Part shown: positions 40,001 to 51,800 of the stretch, piece by piece
Numbering within the stretch: position 1 is the first letter of the stretch
Layout of the letters: every line of letters starts with the position of its first letter
Translations under genes and position numbers: made by a program
From: a virus
Length of the DNA stretch: 64,000 nucleotides
Direction: 5' to 3' (one strand)
Virus record (IMG/VR): IMGVR_UViG_3300032238_000336
Coordinates: 9,400 to 73,399 of that record
Notes under the pieces: generated by a model
The model's database searches: none
What the model was told of the DNA's origin: nothing
The model's input: only the letters and a program-made list of their open reading frames with translations

Positions 40001-41280
40001 CTTAACGTTCTATCACTGTATAATTTTACAATAGAAGTTGTATTAATTCCAACGGGAATGCTTCTACATACATTATTCAATATTATTTGCTTACCTATAC
40101 TGAATGGTATAGACTCATTAATTACGGTAGTAGTCTGTCTGGGTTTACTAATATCAATTTGAGAAGTGGTAATAGTTTCTACTTCATATCCTTTAACATA
40201 GGCCTTACCTACATCTATACTAAGACAAGCTAAATCATTAGAAGGATTATTTCCCTCTGCAGTTTGTTGCCCTAGATTATAAATGCCATTATTTCCAATT
40301 TTATTATTCAATGATTCATTTAATGTAACTTTAAATGGTTTTACATAATAGTTTCCAGACTCATCATAAGTTCTTCTTGCAAGTTCATCAGTTAATAAAC
40401 TATTAGTTGTAGTTTTTGTAATTTTTTCTACAATACCATTTTTTACTCTTAATAATTCAATAAAATTTTCATCATTGAAGTCATCTAATGATTTTTTAAT
40501 TAAAGTAGTATTAATAACTAATCTATCTGCACCAGATGATGTATAATTTGAAAATCCCTGAGCATTATCAAACAAATCATTATATTCATTAGATGCTACA
40601 GCAAAGTCTTCTTGAATTAATAGACCAATTCTATATGATGGAGTATTTGTGTATTGGTCTAAAATGACTGTTTGTGGTGAAACTTCTACAAAATATCCTC
40701 TAATAAAATATACACCTGCTGCTATTTTTGCAGCAGTTCCTACAGAAGTAGATTCTGAAGAAATTGTAGTTGCAAAAGTAGAATTTGCTCGTAATGAAGA
40801 TACTGAATAGTCAACATCTTCAAGAATAATCAAGTTTTCAGAATCATTAAATTTACTTAATCCAAAATTATTAGTATCAGAGCTTTGATACTTTATATAA
40901 AGTGTATAATTTGATCTATCAGAATCTACATTAGTAATATAATTGTCTATTTTTGCTTTAACTCCACTAGTTTCACCTTGAATCAGTTTTCCTACAAGAT
41001 TATCAATATATGCAGATACGGGAATACCTAAATGAGAATCGTTAATTTCAACACAAGTATAATTAAAATCATAAGCAATTTGTCCAGGTATAACTACTGA
41101 CCCTTCTTTGAAAAAATGATTACCAAATTTTTCAATTTGATTTTGTAAGATGGATTGTAATGTAGTAATTTCCCTTGCTTGAATGGAAGTCCCTGGTTTA
41201 AAAAGTACCTTATAATAATTTTTTAAAGGATCAAAATCATCGTAATATGGAAAAATGTTGAGATTTGTATTTTGAGCCAT
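34000..41280 (-). CDS. Large virion structural protein (VrlC/DUF4815-like)
   Basis: PYYDDFD, QARE.T.LQ, LARRTYDESGNY, GFFVDNF and DPLAQSF motifs; 2426 aa. Confidence 0.85.
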   Translation of the reverse strand: MAQNTNLNIFPYYDDFDPLKNYYKVLFKPGTSIQAREITTLQSILQNQIEKFGNHFFKEGSVVIPGQIAYDFNYTCVEINDSHLGIPVSAYIDNLVGKLIQGETSGVKAKIDNYITNVDSDRSNYTLYIKYQSSDTNNFGLSKFNDSENLIILEDVDYSVSSLRANSTFATTISSESTSVGTAAKIAAGVYFIRGYFVEVSPQTVILDQYTNTPSYRIGLLIQEDFAVASNEYNDLFDNAQGFSNYTSSGADRLVINTTLIKKSLDDFNDENFIELLRVKNGIVEKITKTTTNSLLTDELARRTYDESGNYYVKPFKVTLNESLNNKIGNNGIYNLGQQTAEGNNPSNDLACLSIDVGKAYVKGYEVETITTSQIDISKPRQTTTVINESIPFSIGKQIILNNVCRSIPVGINTTSIVKLYSDRTLSTGFPSGTEIGVARVYDFKLKNSEYVDSSTKFECSLYDIQTYTELTLNSDISTIPVPAFIEGKNGGASGYLVSNVTNSNEVSLYQVSGTFLIGEQIKINGIDDTRTIRSVRDYGISDIHQLYQNGFTADVLLSKEVILGSSSSFSISDGTSGISTVTSSNQNFYSGINVGDIVSYTIGSSKLPTYSKVSNISPTLKSITIIPTVDVPNVCLGSLPTAVSTVNDFKKITLELLNTSNAYLYSELHNKNISNLNLESSDVIIKKSYNIAPGNFTTGSYTVTLESGNQDLTLEPFDEEDYTLAFSDGVIVSLDNQKVITNNKTITIQGIPPNSNGAILTVTFKKVNTKTRKKIYNPCSTLVIDKTISGVSTSTSGLTLSNVYGLRVEDKEISLNIPDVESVLAVYESSTTNEPQLPSITLTNLNSNILNSSIGEKIIGTKSNAVATLVSTINNKVNLVYLNENRFIINEEVTFEVSNVKGTVFSVSVGDKNIRNSYIFDNGYRKEFLDFSRIIRKSNAESPTKKLKIIYNNYTIKPDDDGDFVGVNSYDKDRYSFNIPVFNGIRSTDIIDLRPRVSTYSGNASPFEFSSRVFSSEYGSSPYIFAKDKTINLSYSYYLPRIDKLFLTKDGNFVINTGVPSITPTLPNTLDSALEVATIYLPAYLYNVDDCNIVLSPHKRYTMKDISNIDDRVSNVEYYTSLSLLETDTKNLTIRDSQTNLNKFKCGFFVDNFKSLDGGDSQNLSFKSSIDLENETLRPQHYTTSIDLLLGSELVSGTGIVYNPDADPRYVNDLGSPNIKKVGDIVCLNYRDVEYVKNRFSSRVENVNPFNVINWLGSIALHPSSDSWFESKVIGSNTVNVEGNYNSTISSLGADSNTGFAPAQWNSWNESNITIDPRGSGRRLVTDVTTVNRTGTQVQVNEKFDATTSSNIVSQSIILEMRSRNIEVVAKRLKPNTRFYGFFDSKDMNQYFIPKLLEVKMVSGTFQAGETVTGVLGTKNISFRLASQNHKYGPYNAPTEIYDVNPYQISLGLPSVYSPTSTLLNVDTFSLQLKSTSQFYGCVSIGMQLIGDTSGAIATISDLRLISDSSGTLIASLFIPDSNLPSTPTFLTGSKTLTLTSSSSNSQITGISDSSADAVFTSSGTLNNTQETTLRIRNATTTTNTIFDSNTRTTNRWVDPLAQSFEVADTNGVFITKCDIFFRSKDTNNIPVTLQIRTMQNGTPTQQVLPFAETVMEAKDVNISEDGTVPTTFVFPSPVYLEQTGSGYALVLVSASDSYTVWISRMGETDVSTINKPDSEKIIISQQPTLGSLFKSQNGSTWEPSQLEDLKFVLYRADFDTSGSVRFYNPELNIGNHQIVSLSPNPISAYSQSAIVGLGKSLTPTDISNLKVGAGITQLNNPYFSGRLVSILGSIGIGTTLSINDSGTGFIPSTTYSNVNIVNITGYGSGATANIVTDAFGKVSSATVSSGGSGYAVGDTLTINYSNTDNFGKNLVLSIPNNVGIISAFNSIKIDNIQGTVDNNTNTSIDYIVSNGISITNAYVSSYSSINTGTYLKVSHSNHGMYFENSIVSLSGIESDVSPVTLSSEYPSTSTSDIKLSNVNIFTTFENIPVGPGNPGYILINDEIIQYTSVNTNTNTLGGILRAIDTTKLNLHKQNDLVFKYEFNGISLRRINKTHNIKSPIEIDSYYIHLNMSSGGINRTLDNNITGPKLFFNSTKSGGSYLYTTPQTDSMVGPKATQNIAFNLVKPNVQTLLPNSTTIESRIRTFTGTSVSGNEVPYIDNGYENISLNSNNYLSSTRIICSKVNEEDRLGDFPGKKSFTLEMVLSTNDSKVSPIIDLDRVSLITVMNRIDSPVLDFTLDPRVNGIDTDPNSAIYISKQINLAKSADSLKVLLDAYRHSTNEIKVMYRLFRNDSPNQKQNYELFPGYNNLDENGNIINYSKNTGNSDTFVSPSISSNDFRSYEYTDSNLPVFNGFQIKIIMTGTNQSFVPRIKNLRAIATL

Positions 41281-41287
41281 TTTTTTA

Positions 41288-42838
41288 TCAGAACTCCAGT
41301 ATTATTTTGATATCTTCTTTTTGACTTACAGACCTTGGAATTGCTTGCCTGGTATCTATGTAAAGTAGTTCACCGGAACCTTTTACATATTCTGAGGAAG
41401 AAATACCTGATGTGAAAGTAGTTCCTAGACGATAGATTTTATTATTTATAGTGGTAGAAATTCCACTAAATGAGGTATCAATTAATAATGGAGAAGGAGT
41501 GAATTCGCAATTAATAATAGTAGACCCACCTACCCCAACATTTGAACTAAATTCGTTTATACCATAACTAACTTCACTTTTAGCTAGTCCTACGGGTTGA
41601 TAATACTTCAATACTCCAGTAGTATTATCCCAAGATGCCACAAATCCAATAGCTGTAGTCCCAGTACTTATAGTTTGAGTAATTACATTATCTATTGGAT
41701 AAACTGTATTAGTTGAAGTAGTTTTTAATTTTAAAGATTTTAATCCACTTACATAAGTATTATCAGTATTAACTGTTGGATTTTTTATAATACCAACAGT
41801 AGCAAAATCATTTCCAACAATTGCATCTGGGTTATCTTGGTCAGTTTCATATCGAGAATATACTAAAACTCGATATGCTCCAAGTTCTCTATACACATCA
41901 TACCCGTGTCCTCCTTTGGGGGGTATAATGACATCAAATTGAGCAGAATTATTTGTATCTGTTAAACTTAAAGATGAAGGAATTCCCGGAGCCCCCGGTT
42001 CAAATTTAATAATACCTTTAGTATATCCCATACCGCCATCTGTAACAATAATCTCTGAAACTTCACCAAAGGAATTAGTTATAATTGTAACTTTTCCTCC
42101 AGTTCCATCTCCTAATATAGGTATATCATTATAAGTAGTAGATTTTGTATATCCCAATCCTCTACTTCTAATCGATACTACTTCTACTTTTCCATCAGTG
42201 GCATTATTTTTTATTGAAATACTTTCTCCACTAGTTCCCCAGTTTTCGGGAACGGGAATAAAATTTACACTATCAAATTTTACAAATTCAATAGGTTTAA
42301 TTGTATATAAGTATTTCCAAATATATCCATCCCCACTAGTTCCAGCAGGACTTGCTTCTAATCCTACAAATGTCGGTTGGTCTAATGATGGGTTTCCTTT
42401 TGGATTTTCAGGAGTAGCACCATTGTTTAAACAAATATAAACTCTAAAGTCTTCATTTATTACATAATAATTTGCATCATATAAAGAAGTTGAATTTGTT
42501 ATAGGTGAAAGATTATACGCATTATAATCATTTCTATACATTTCATAAGTAGTTCCTGATACCCACTGTTCCTTTCTAATAACTCTAGAAACATCTGAAG
42601 TTAATATTTTTTTTAAAGTTATTATAGTATCTTTTACATTACTTTCATTTGCAAAACTATCTAATGGTGGAGGGGGAGATACTTGCCAAGATGGGGTTCC
42701 TCCTGCTTCTGGATTTAATGAATTTGGTTGACCTATAAAAGTATAATAATTATTTGCAGTACTACCAATAGAAACTAATGATTTAACAAAAGTTTCTGCA
42801 TTCATTATTCTAAACTGATCTGATATAATTGCAGACAT
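41288..42838 (-). CDS. gp8: Baseplate wedge subunit
   Basis: VYICL.N, DGYIWKYLYTI and QKEDIKIILEF motifs. Confidence 0.9.
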   Translation of the reverse strand: MSAIISDQFRIMNAETFVKSLVSIGSTANNYYTFIGQPNSLNPEAGGTPSWQVSPPPPLDSFANESNVKDTIITLKKILTSDVSRVIRKEQWVSGTTYEMYRNDYNAYNLSPITNSTSLYDANYYVINEDFRVYICLNNGATPENPKGNPSLDQPTFVGLEASPAGTSGDGYIWKYLYTIKPIEFVKFDSVNFIPVPENWGTSGESISIKNNATDGKVEVVSIRSRGLGYTKSTTYNDIPILGDGTGGKVTIITNSFGEVSEIIVTDGGMGYTKGIIKFEPGAPGIPSSLSLTDTNNSAQFDVIIPPKGGHGYDVYRELGAYRVLVYSRYETDQDNPDAIVGNDFATVGIIKNPTVNTDNTYVSGLKSLKLKTTSTNTVYPIDNVITQTISTGTTAIGFVASWDNTTGVLKYYQPVGLAKSEVSYGINEFSSNVGVGGSTIINCEFTPSPLLIDTSFSGISTTINNKIYRLGTTFTSGISSSEYVKGSGELLYIDTRQAIPRSVSQKEDIKIILEF

Positions 42839-42864
42839 TTTAACTTAATATTTTTATATATTTA

Positions 42865-45800
42865 TCAAAGTAATAGAGGGACTGTTCTGGAAACTTGAGA
42901 TGAAGTAGATAGACCAATTAATCCGTTATCGGTATTCACATCGAATTGTTTAGGAGTTCCCAATTGTCGATTATCATAATCATAGAATTTACCCCAACTA
43001 TAATTTCCATAAAAACTAGTTTGTGATAATCCTGCAATATTTACAGATAATCCACCATCTACAGCAACAAAATTGCATTTAACGGTAACAATTCCTGCGT
43101 TAGGTAGTGTTACATCTTCTACTCTATACACACCATCTATAAAACTTCTTGCAGTTCCAACTTTTGAATTTGGATAATTGGACATCCCACCTAAACTATC
43201 GGTTATTCCAGTCAATGCGTGTCCGCATATTACATTACTATTAGAAATTACAAAGTAGTCTCCAATTTCTAGTTGACTTGAATTAATTCCAAAAGTATTT
43301 AAAGAACTATATCCAATTCCTAAATTATCATTATCATATGTATTTGATTTTAGTTCAAAGTCTATTCTTCCAGTTTGTATTCCAGGAGAAGATGCAAATG
43401 TGTTAATTCCAACTATAGAACCATAATCTCCTTTAACCTTTACTGAAGTAAGTTTTTCATATTTTATTATGTCTAATGAAGTATAATCTAAAATATTAAT
43501 ATTTCTCTTGAATTCTGGTAATCTATTTGGACCGGAATCTAATTCACTGAAATATGGAAATGCATCATTTACATAAACTGCAGTATCATTGATACCTACA
43601 GAATTGATTAAGAATGTGTTAGGAATAATATTAGATTTTAAAGTCGTTCTTGATTTAGAAATCAAAGAACCATTGATAATTCTATCCGCAGTTTGTTTAG
43701 TCCAACTTAGAGGTCTAGCAGTATTTGTGATGCCATATCCAGTATAAACAAAAGTATCTAAAGTATTTGATTGTACTATTCTTTTAACAACTCGTTCTAA
43801 TTGTTCTGTAGTTATTGCAGAGGTTATATTTTGTCTAGATTGTAAAATATCCCCATCTTTTATAGTTTGAACTGGAGTGACCTCCTCCACATCAGAACTA
43901 GACCCCCTATAGAATAATATAGTGCAAGTTGATCCAGAAGAAGGAGGCTCTGTAAATAATATTCTTCCAGCAAAGTATCTGTATGCTACAGTCGGTACTT
44001 GTAAAATACCATTAATAAGAATAAAGAAATTATTTTCGATAGTTAAATCTGAACCCGAAGGAACTTTAAATGTAATTCTAGTATCAATTCCATTCACGGG
44101 AGTTGTTATATCAAATAATCTTTCAAAACCATTAAATTTATTTGAAATATCATTAAACTGTATGAACTGTCCAGGATAATAACCACTAAAGATATCAGAA
44201 ACAGTTTCAGTTACAGTTAATTTAAATTCATCAAATAAATTCCCCGCAGTTGGGTCTGTAGTTAATCCTACTACTCTTAGAACATCTCCTACTTTATATA
44301 AAGAACCTGGGTCATTTAATAAGAAATTTCCAATACTTGTATCACTTGCAACTAAAATCGATACTTTAGCACCAGTTCCTAATCCAGAATTTTCTGGAGC
44401 ATATTCTACATCTAAGTTATAATATGGCAAAGGAGTATCGATATTTACAATAGGAACCGAAGTTGAAGTGTAACCACTTCCTGGATTCACGATTGTAAAT
44501 CCAGTTATAGTTCCAGATGCTCCTACATTAGCAACAATGGACGCCCCGGTTCCAACTATGGAACCTAGGTTAATATATGGAGAGGTTCTATACCCGCTTC
44601 CTGCCCCTGTAAGATACACATTAGAGATAGTGCCTAATCCAGAAACAGAAACTGTTGCAGCAGCACCTACAAGAGGCACATAACCAAAGGCAGTATTGAT
44701 ACCAACATTTAAAATCTTACCGGAATTTGGAATTCCTGTTAAATAACTAATCTCATTTGCATTACTATTTTGAATTGTGAAATCAGTTTCAGGAACCTGT
44801 AGTACATTGTTTATGAATACTAATGGGTTATTACTCGCATTAGTTCCATAGTTTCTATTATTATAAATTTGTGTTATATTATTTTGATTTTCTTTTAAAA
44901 TGAATGTAGATAGTCCTGTAAACTGGTCTGAGATATCATCAAAAATAAGATTTTTATCATCTGGATATGCAGGGTCAAATTTTCTACTGAATACTCTACC
45001 TGAGAAAGAAGATGATACTTTTAGTCCTTCTAACCCAGTAGGACCTTGTGGGGGAGATGTAAAGAATATAGTGTCTTCAATGATATTATAATCACCTCTG
45101 ATGATATTAATATCAGACCCAGATGTATGATTATTTTCTTGAGTTCCTAGGAAACCTCGTTCAACATTTATTACATTAGTTGAACCTATACCTACATTAA
45201 TTATTTTTAGGAGTTCATCATTAATTTTAAGAATATCAATAGTTGAAATGGAACTTATTCCCGAGTTCACATAAATTGAATTTATTCCCACATTAGCATC
45301 ATTCACTAATCCTAAAGTGATTGGTCTATTGTAGAGTGGTTTTTGTATAATATTATCAATAGAAATTAAAGCATTAGCATTTGGATTATCTACAGTAAAT
45401 TTATGAGTTCCTATTCCTAAACTAGTTAGTTCTAATCTTGTAGATGTAGATAGACCGGATACTTGGAAACTATTGTCATTAATTTTATTAACATATAACG
45501 TTGAAGGTAATATATCTGTAGATATTCCTCCTGAAACTAAGTTAGTAGTAGTAATTCTAATAGGAGTGCCACCTTGATATGAATAGAATATTTTTTGACC
45601 AGTTTGTAAGTTATGATTGGTAATATTAAAACTATAGGTAGTCAAATTTACAATAGAACTATCATTGGAGTTAAAAGTTCTACTGAAGAGAGGGATATTT
45701 TTATTAGTTAATTTGAATGAACTAATTCCAGATACTATATTACCATTTAATCTTCTAGAAAAACTTAATCTTTCAGTTACTATTCCTGAATATGATTTAT

Positions 45801-48800
45801 GTGGGTATAATGTAAATACACTTCCAATTCCGATTGAAGTTATACCAGTATTTTCTGGATATGTATGATAAGTAGAGTAACCAACAATATCACCAACTAA
45901 TAACCCAGCAGTAGATACTCCTAAGTTATATGGATAGTCCGGATTAAAAGTTACTGGTATATTTGATTGTATAGTTATTTCAGCATTAGTACCAGTAAAC
46001 TGACTACTTATATCATCAATTTGAATTACTTTATTTGTATTATTTAAAATATAAGGAAGTAGGTCAATACCTTTAATCGCAGTTAATCCAACTCCAGCAA
46101 CATTCCAAGGTTCAATCGCACCAAAACTTATTCTTTCCGCATATGACTGATTAACTTGAGATTCATCGTAAACAATTGCAAAATTATCACGAGTGGATAA
46201 TGATACTTGATTATCTATTTTTATAATTAAAGTTACCTCACTTTTAGGAGGATTCATTCTAACAGTATTACCTGCCTGACTAACAACTTCTAAATCTGAA
46301 AATTCTCTATATCCTGAGGGGTGAATTACTGAATGTACAGGTTCTTTCCAATCACTGTATGGAACTTCACCTCTTATCGCATACGAAAAATTTTGATAAT
46401 AATTATTATCTGATATTTTTTGTAATGAATTATTTAAATCTCCAATATTATTTTGAGTATAATTTATTTTATCTCTAGCTACTCCTAATGTCGATTTTAG
46501 ATTGAAGTTATTTACATTTGTAATTGCTCCATTAAGATTTGATATCGATCCTTTCAATCGATATCCAATATCCAGTTTTCCTTCAGACTTATTAATTCTT
46601 ATTTGTTTTAGTTTATTATCCCACCCATTTTCCATTACATATCCAATAAAAGTTTGATTTCCTTGTAAATCAACTCCAGTTATTTTTTCACCAGAAATAT
46701 AACTAACATCATCAGATATATTCATTTTAAAGGTAGCCATATCTTTACGATTAACTACTGTTCCATATCCATTTGCTAAAGTGTAAGAACCAAATGTCCC
46801 AGGCAATCCAGTTATATCATATATTATAGTTGAAGTATTGACATCTACTGATACTACTTTAAAAAATACATAATTATAATCTTTAGAGTTATAATTATTT
46901 TGAGCATTTGATGTGATATTACAATTTTCTATAAAAATCTCATCCCCCACACTGAATGGAAATATACCAGATAATAAAGGATACGATGTAGTGTCTATTT
47001 GAATGCTATTTTGTGTAGGTGATATATTTGTTATTTGAATAATATCAAATCCATTAGAATTATTTACAGGTACTATTGGTAATGGTGTATCAAGAGTATT
47101 ATCATTTAATATAATACTTACTTTGGATACACTATTTCCATTAAGTTCTGTAGTTAATTGCAATACATTATTTCCAATTACTTTTAAGTTTGGAGCAGTA
47201 TTGTAATTTTTTCCTCCATAAAGCACATCTACGGATTTGACATTAGAAACTTTATTTAATATTGCAATCGTGGGTATAGATAATTTTGGTAATAGTGTGC
47301 TATCTGTAGGATAGTCAAATCCATCTTTAACCCTTTCTAATGTGTCAATTTTTCCTATTTTACTAGAAACCGTATTTAATAATTCATTACTTCCGGATGT
47401 TGTAAGTATTGAAGTGATTTTAGGTATTTTATTATGAATTTTTCCTTTTTCATTTACTTTAATAGTTTTTATCGGTCCTTTAGCAGTCTTTGATGTTGTA
47501 GAATATGTTGCATTATTAGCAATAATATTTTCAAAATAATTAGGTTTATTTTTTAAGTTCAATCTGAATGAAGTATCCGAAGTTGGAATTGCTGAATATT
47601 TACCATCATATAAATTTTCAAGTAGTATAATTTTACCTCCTGATATTACATCAGTATCTATAGATACTTGTTTTTGAGATAAGGGTGAATTAATATTAAA
47701 ATCTAAAGTATAATACAACTCATTCGGGTACTTTTGATTAATAGTATCTAAAGTAGATGAGGTATATCTATATGGTTCTAATTCATATAAAAATTTTGAA
47801 TCTTTGTATAATTTAATATATGAACCAATTCCTACAAATTTAAATATATTTCCCTTATTCAAATAAATTAATGGATTTACTTTTGCAATTGAATGTACAC
47901 CAGTACCAGTACTAGTTAACTTGACATAGTTATTTTTAGATATGTCATCATAATATTGAGTTAGTTTAATGGCATTTGGATTTTCTCTTAATACAAAATA
48001 TCTTTCATTATTAACTAATCCACCAATAGAAGGGTTGGTTAAATTCGTATATACAACTTTATCCCCGGTTTGAAGTGAATCATCTGAAATATAAATTGTT
48101 GATGTTGCAACATCAACTGATGTCGATGCGTTGAAAGTAACAGGTGCAGTAGTTATCTTGCGAATGGTTGAATTGTAATCTAGTTCAACTTCAAATGTAT
48201 TAGAAGTTATTACTTTAAGATCAATTTCATCATTGGATGATAATAAATGGGGATACTTTGTATTGGCAATTATAGTGTATCTTTCAGTTTTTCCACTTAT
48301 TAAATCATATTGAGTAGTAAATTTATGAGAATTGCCTAAAGAGTTGCTATTATCTCTAAAATATAATGAATTATAACTGACACCTATTCCAGTACTGGTA
48401 GTAAATCCCAATGTAGATAATCCTACAAAATTTGCACCATAATTTACTGCATATACGGTTTGTCCATCGACTAACTGAAACTGTGCCGAAGATGGAAAAT
48501 TGGATACTTTTAATCCAACACCTGCAACTCCTACATTATATGTTAGGGGTTGACCTGTATAATATTTGTGATTTTCAATATAGATTGATTTAGGTGGAAC
48601 AAAATAAGTAGTATTTCCATAATCAATATAAGTAGTTCCTATAGTTCCCAATCCTATACTATTTGAAGGATTAAAATATACAACAGAATTTTCTTGTAAG
48701 TTGGCATTAAATTTAGGTTCATTAAATGTAAATTTAGTAGGAAGTAGTTTAACTAAAGATATACCAGCACTATGAATGCCAATATTACTAATTCTATCTA

Positions 48801-51800
48801 CGAGCAGTTGAGACTGGTTAAATTTAATGTCTCTAATTTTTAATACTTCAGAATCAATTTGAATATAATCATTAATACTGAATCCAGAAACATCATTGAC
48901 AGAAATAGTAGTAGATAAACCAGTGATTCCTGATGATGGGATATCTAATGAAAGTCCAGATGTTTTCTGATTTACTGAAATAATTTTACTTCCTTCTAAA
49001 GATGAATATTGATTAGAAGAAATCGAAGATATCACAACAATGTCATTTGATACTAAACTATGAGGCATTGTCGTAATGCCTGTAATTATATTATTTTTAT
49101 TTTTAAATATTACATCTTTTAAAGTAGAAATTCCTACTGTTATATCAGTTAAGGGAACTCCATTAATACTCGATACAGAACAACTTGGACTAATGGTATT
49201 TGGAGTATTTTCAAATTGAAGTCTATCTCCAACCATAAAATTATCACCTGGAGATACTATATTAACAGAATCTATTCCAGACTTAATAATATTATTTACT
49301 ATAAATTCTTGCTTATATTTTGGGTCAATTTTATTGATTGGTAAATACCCAGAATTTTCAGAATTTAAATAATATGGACCAGTATTTCTAATAAAATTAA
49401 TAGAATCTAAATTTAAATCTTGATTAATATATCCGTTGAAATTTTTAACTATTGGAGTATTTTTAAATTCCGCAGCTATTGTATATGGATATACTGGAAT
49501 ATTTAAGTTATTTAATGTTGTAAAATAAGCATAGGTCCCTTCAGGAAACTCATTAGTTTGAATAAACATTCCGTTATGCTCATCCAAATCTCCAAAATTT
49601 GGAATATACCTATAATCTTCTATGAAATCACCATTATTCCATTGAGCAGGCCTTATACCACTTATACTATTGACATCTACATTAGGTAATTGATAACTAC
49701 TTTTAACTTTTGATGGAGAAGTTGATGAAGATAAATTTGCATAGGGTCCATAAATTGGATTTCCATCATAAGCCCACCCTAGAATAGGAGAAGCATTTCC
49801 CGAGTTATCTCCAACTTCATCTCTTAATTTTTTTGGTGGATAAAAATTAATATACTGCAAAGTTTTTTTAACATTATTACTTGGTATAAGAATTCCTTCT
49901 CCTGAAAAATTCTTTATTTTATTTGAGTATTTTTTATATTGGTTTAACGTCCATTTTGTTAAATTTGCTATAAATTTAGCAGAGCTTCCTCTCTTTACAA
50001 TTTGAAGACTGGTTTGTTTATTTACATATCCAAGTCCAGGATTTACTATAGACACATCTGTAATTCTACCATTTTCAACTTTAGGAACTAACAACGCATA
50101 TTTTCCAGAACCAGTAATTATAATATCAATATCTTCACCATATCCAGAACCACCAGATAAAATTTGAACTCCGACAATTTTTCCTTCAAATATAACTGGA
50201 TTAAGTAATGCTTCAGTAGATGGAGTTTGAATTTTTACATCTGGTCTTCTATGGAAGTTTATAATATCCGAAGACCCATAGTTAGTGCCATAATTTTCTA
50301 TAAATAGACTTTCAAATTCTCCCAATACAATAGGTACAAACACTGGAGAAATTGCAGTTGAAGATATTCCAGAAGTAGTTTCTACAACTACTTGAATAGG
50401 TGGATATTTAAAAGTATGTGTTCCTGAACCAATAGAATTTAGATTTACAAATTTATTATGTGAGTAATTGTAATAAAAATCTGTAGAAATAGTTTGTGCT
50501 AATCTGAACTTATTGTTATCAATTACATTTACAATATATTGACTAGTTGTAGATAGTCCTGAAACTCGTGTACCTGTAGTTGAGTATACAACGATATCTT
50601 TTTCTTTTAAATTATGGTTTTTAACAAGTATGTAATTATCAAAAGTATTAATTGAATCTGTAGTATCATCAATATAGTTTAAAGATGAAAGTTTAACAGT
50701 TTTATTTGAATAATTTTCTCCACTCTTTTTCACATATACTTCAGTTATAGTATTTTTAATATCGACTGTCTTTAAATAATAAATTCCAGTATTATTATTT
50801 CCAATAACAATTGCATTATTTTTATTGATAGAATCAGATTTATTTCGGTATAGTTTAATTTGAGTTGAATTTATAACACCAACATAATAAACTGAGTTGT
50901 TAACCAATCCCACTAATTCTGGATTTGAATTATTTTGATAAATTACTTGCTCAGTATTTTGAAAATTATGATTACTTGTAAAAGTAATCACATTTGATGA
51001 TATTGCAGAACCTAAAAAGTAAGATATGATAGGTGATTGTATTAAATTGCTTTCAAGCACTGCACCATATCCATTTCCACCAGTTATAGAAATCTTGGGT
51101 TTGACTTGATATCCAATACCTGGAGAAATTACCTGAATTGCTCTTACCGTGCCTCTCATATTGGCGTGAACTTGTGCTCCAATTCCTTGCCCCCCCTCAT
51201 CACTAATTTCAATCGTAGGGGCATTTATAACATCATAATCCTTTCCTGAATTTGAAATTGTAATGTCATTAATTTTACCATAATAATAACCTTCATTAAA
51301 TATAGCAGGTGAATATAACTCAACTCCATTAATAAGTAATCCTAAAGACTTACCAATTGTATTTTTACTTGTGGCAGTATTTTCATTATTTTTATTATTA
51401 ATATTAAATATTTTTAATAATTTTTGATGTTCTAAAACTGAATCATTTTTTCCTTCATATCCTAATTTTACAATAGTTCCAATATTTGATACACTAGTTT
51501 GAATCCCTATGTAATTATTAGCATAAAGATTACTATAACTGTATGATAATGATATTGAAGTTTCGGTGTATCTATTTACAAAATAAGTTCCAGTAGAAAG
51601 TCCAGTAAACTCTAAACTTGGAGTAAAATAAACCTTCTCTCCGGTATAAAAATAGTGTAGATCAGTAGTGGAAAATATAGATGTTTCAACTCCTGCAGAT
51701 ATTAAACCTACTTCTCTATTATCTAATATAATATTTTTATAATCAGGAAGTCCTGAAGATAATACAACTACATTATTGGTTGAGGTATCAATATAAGTAT

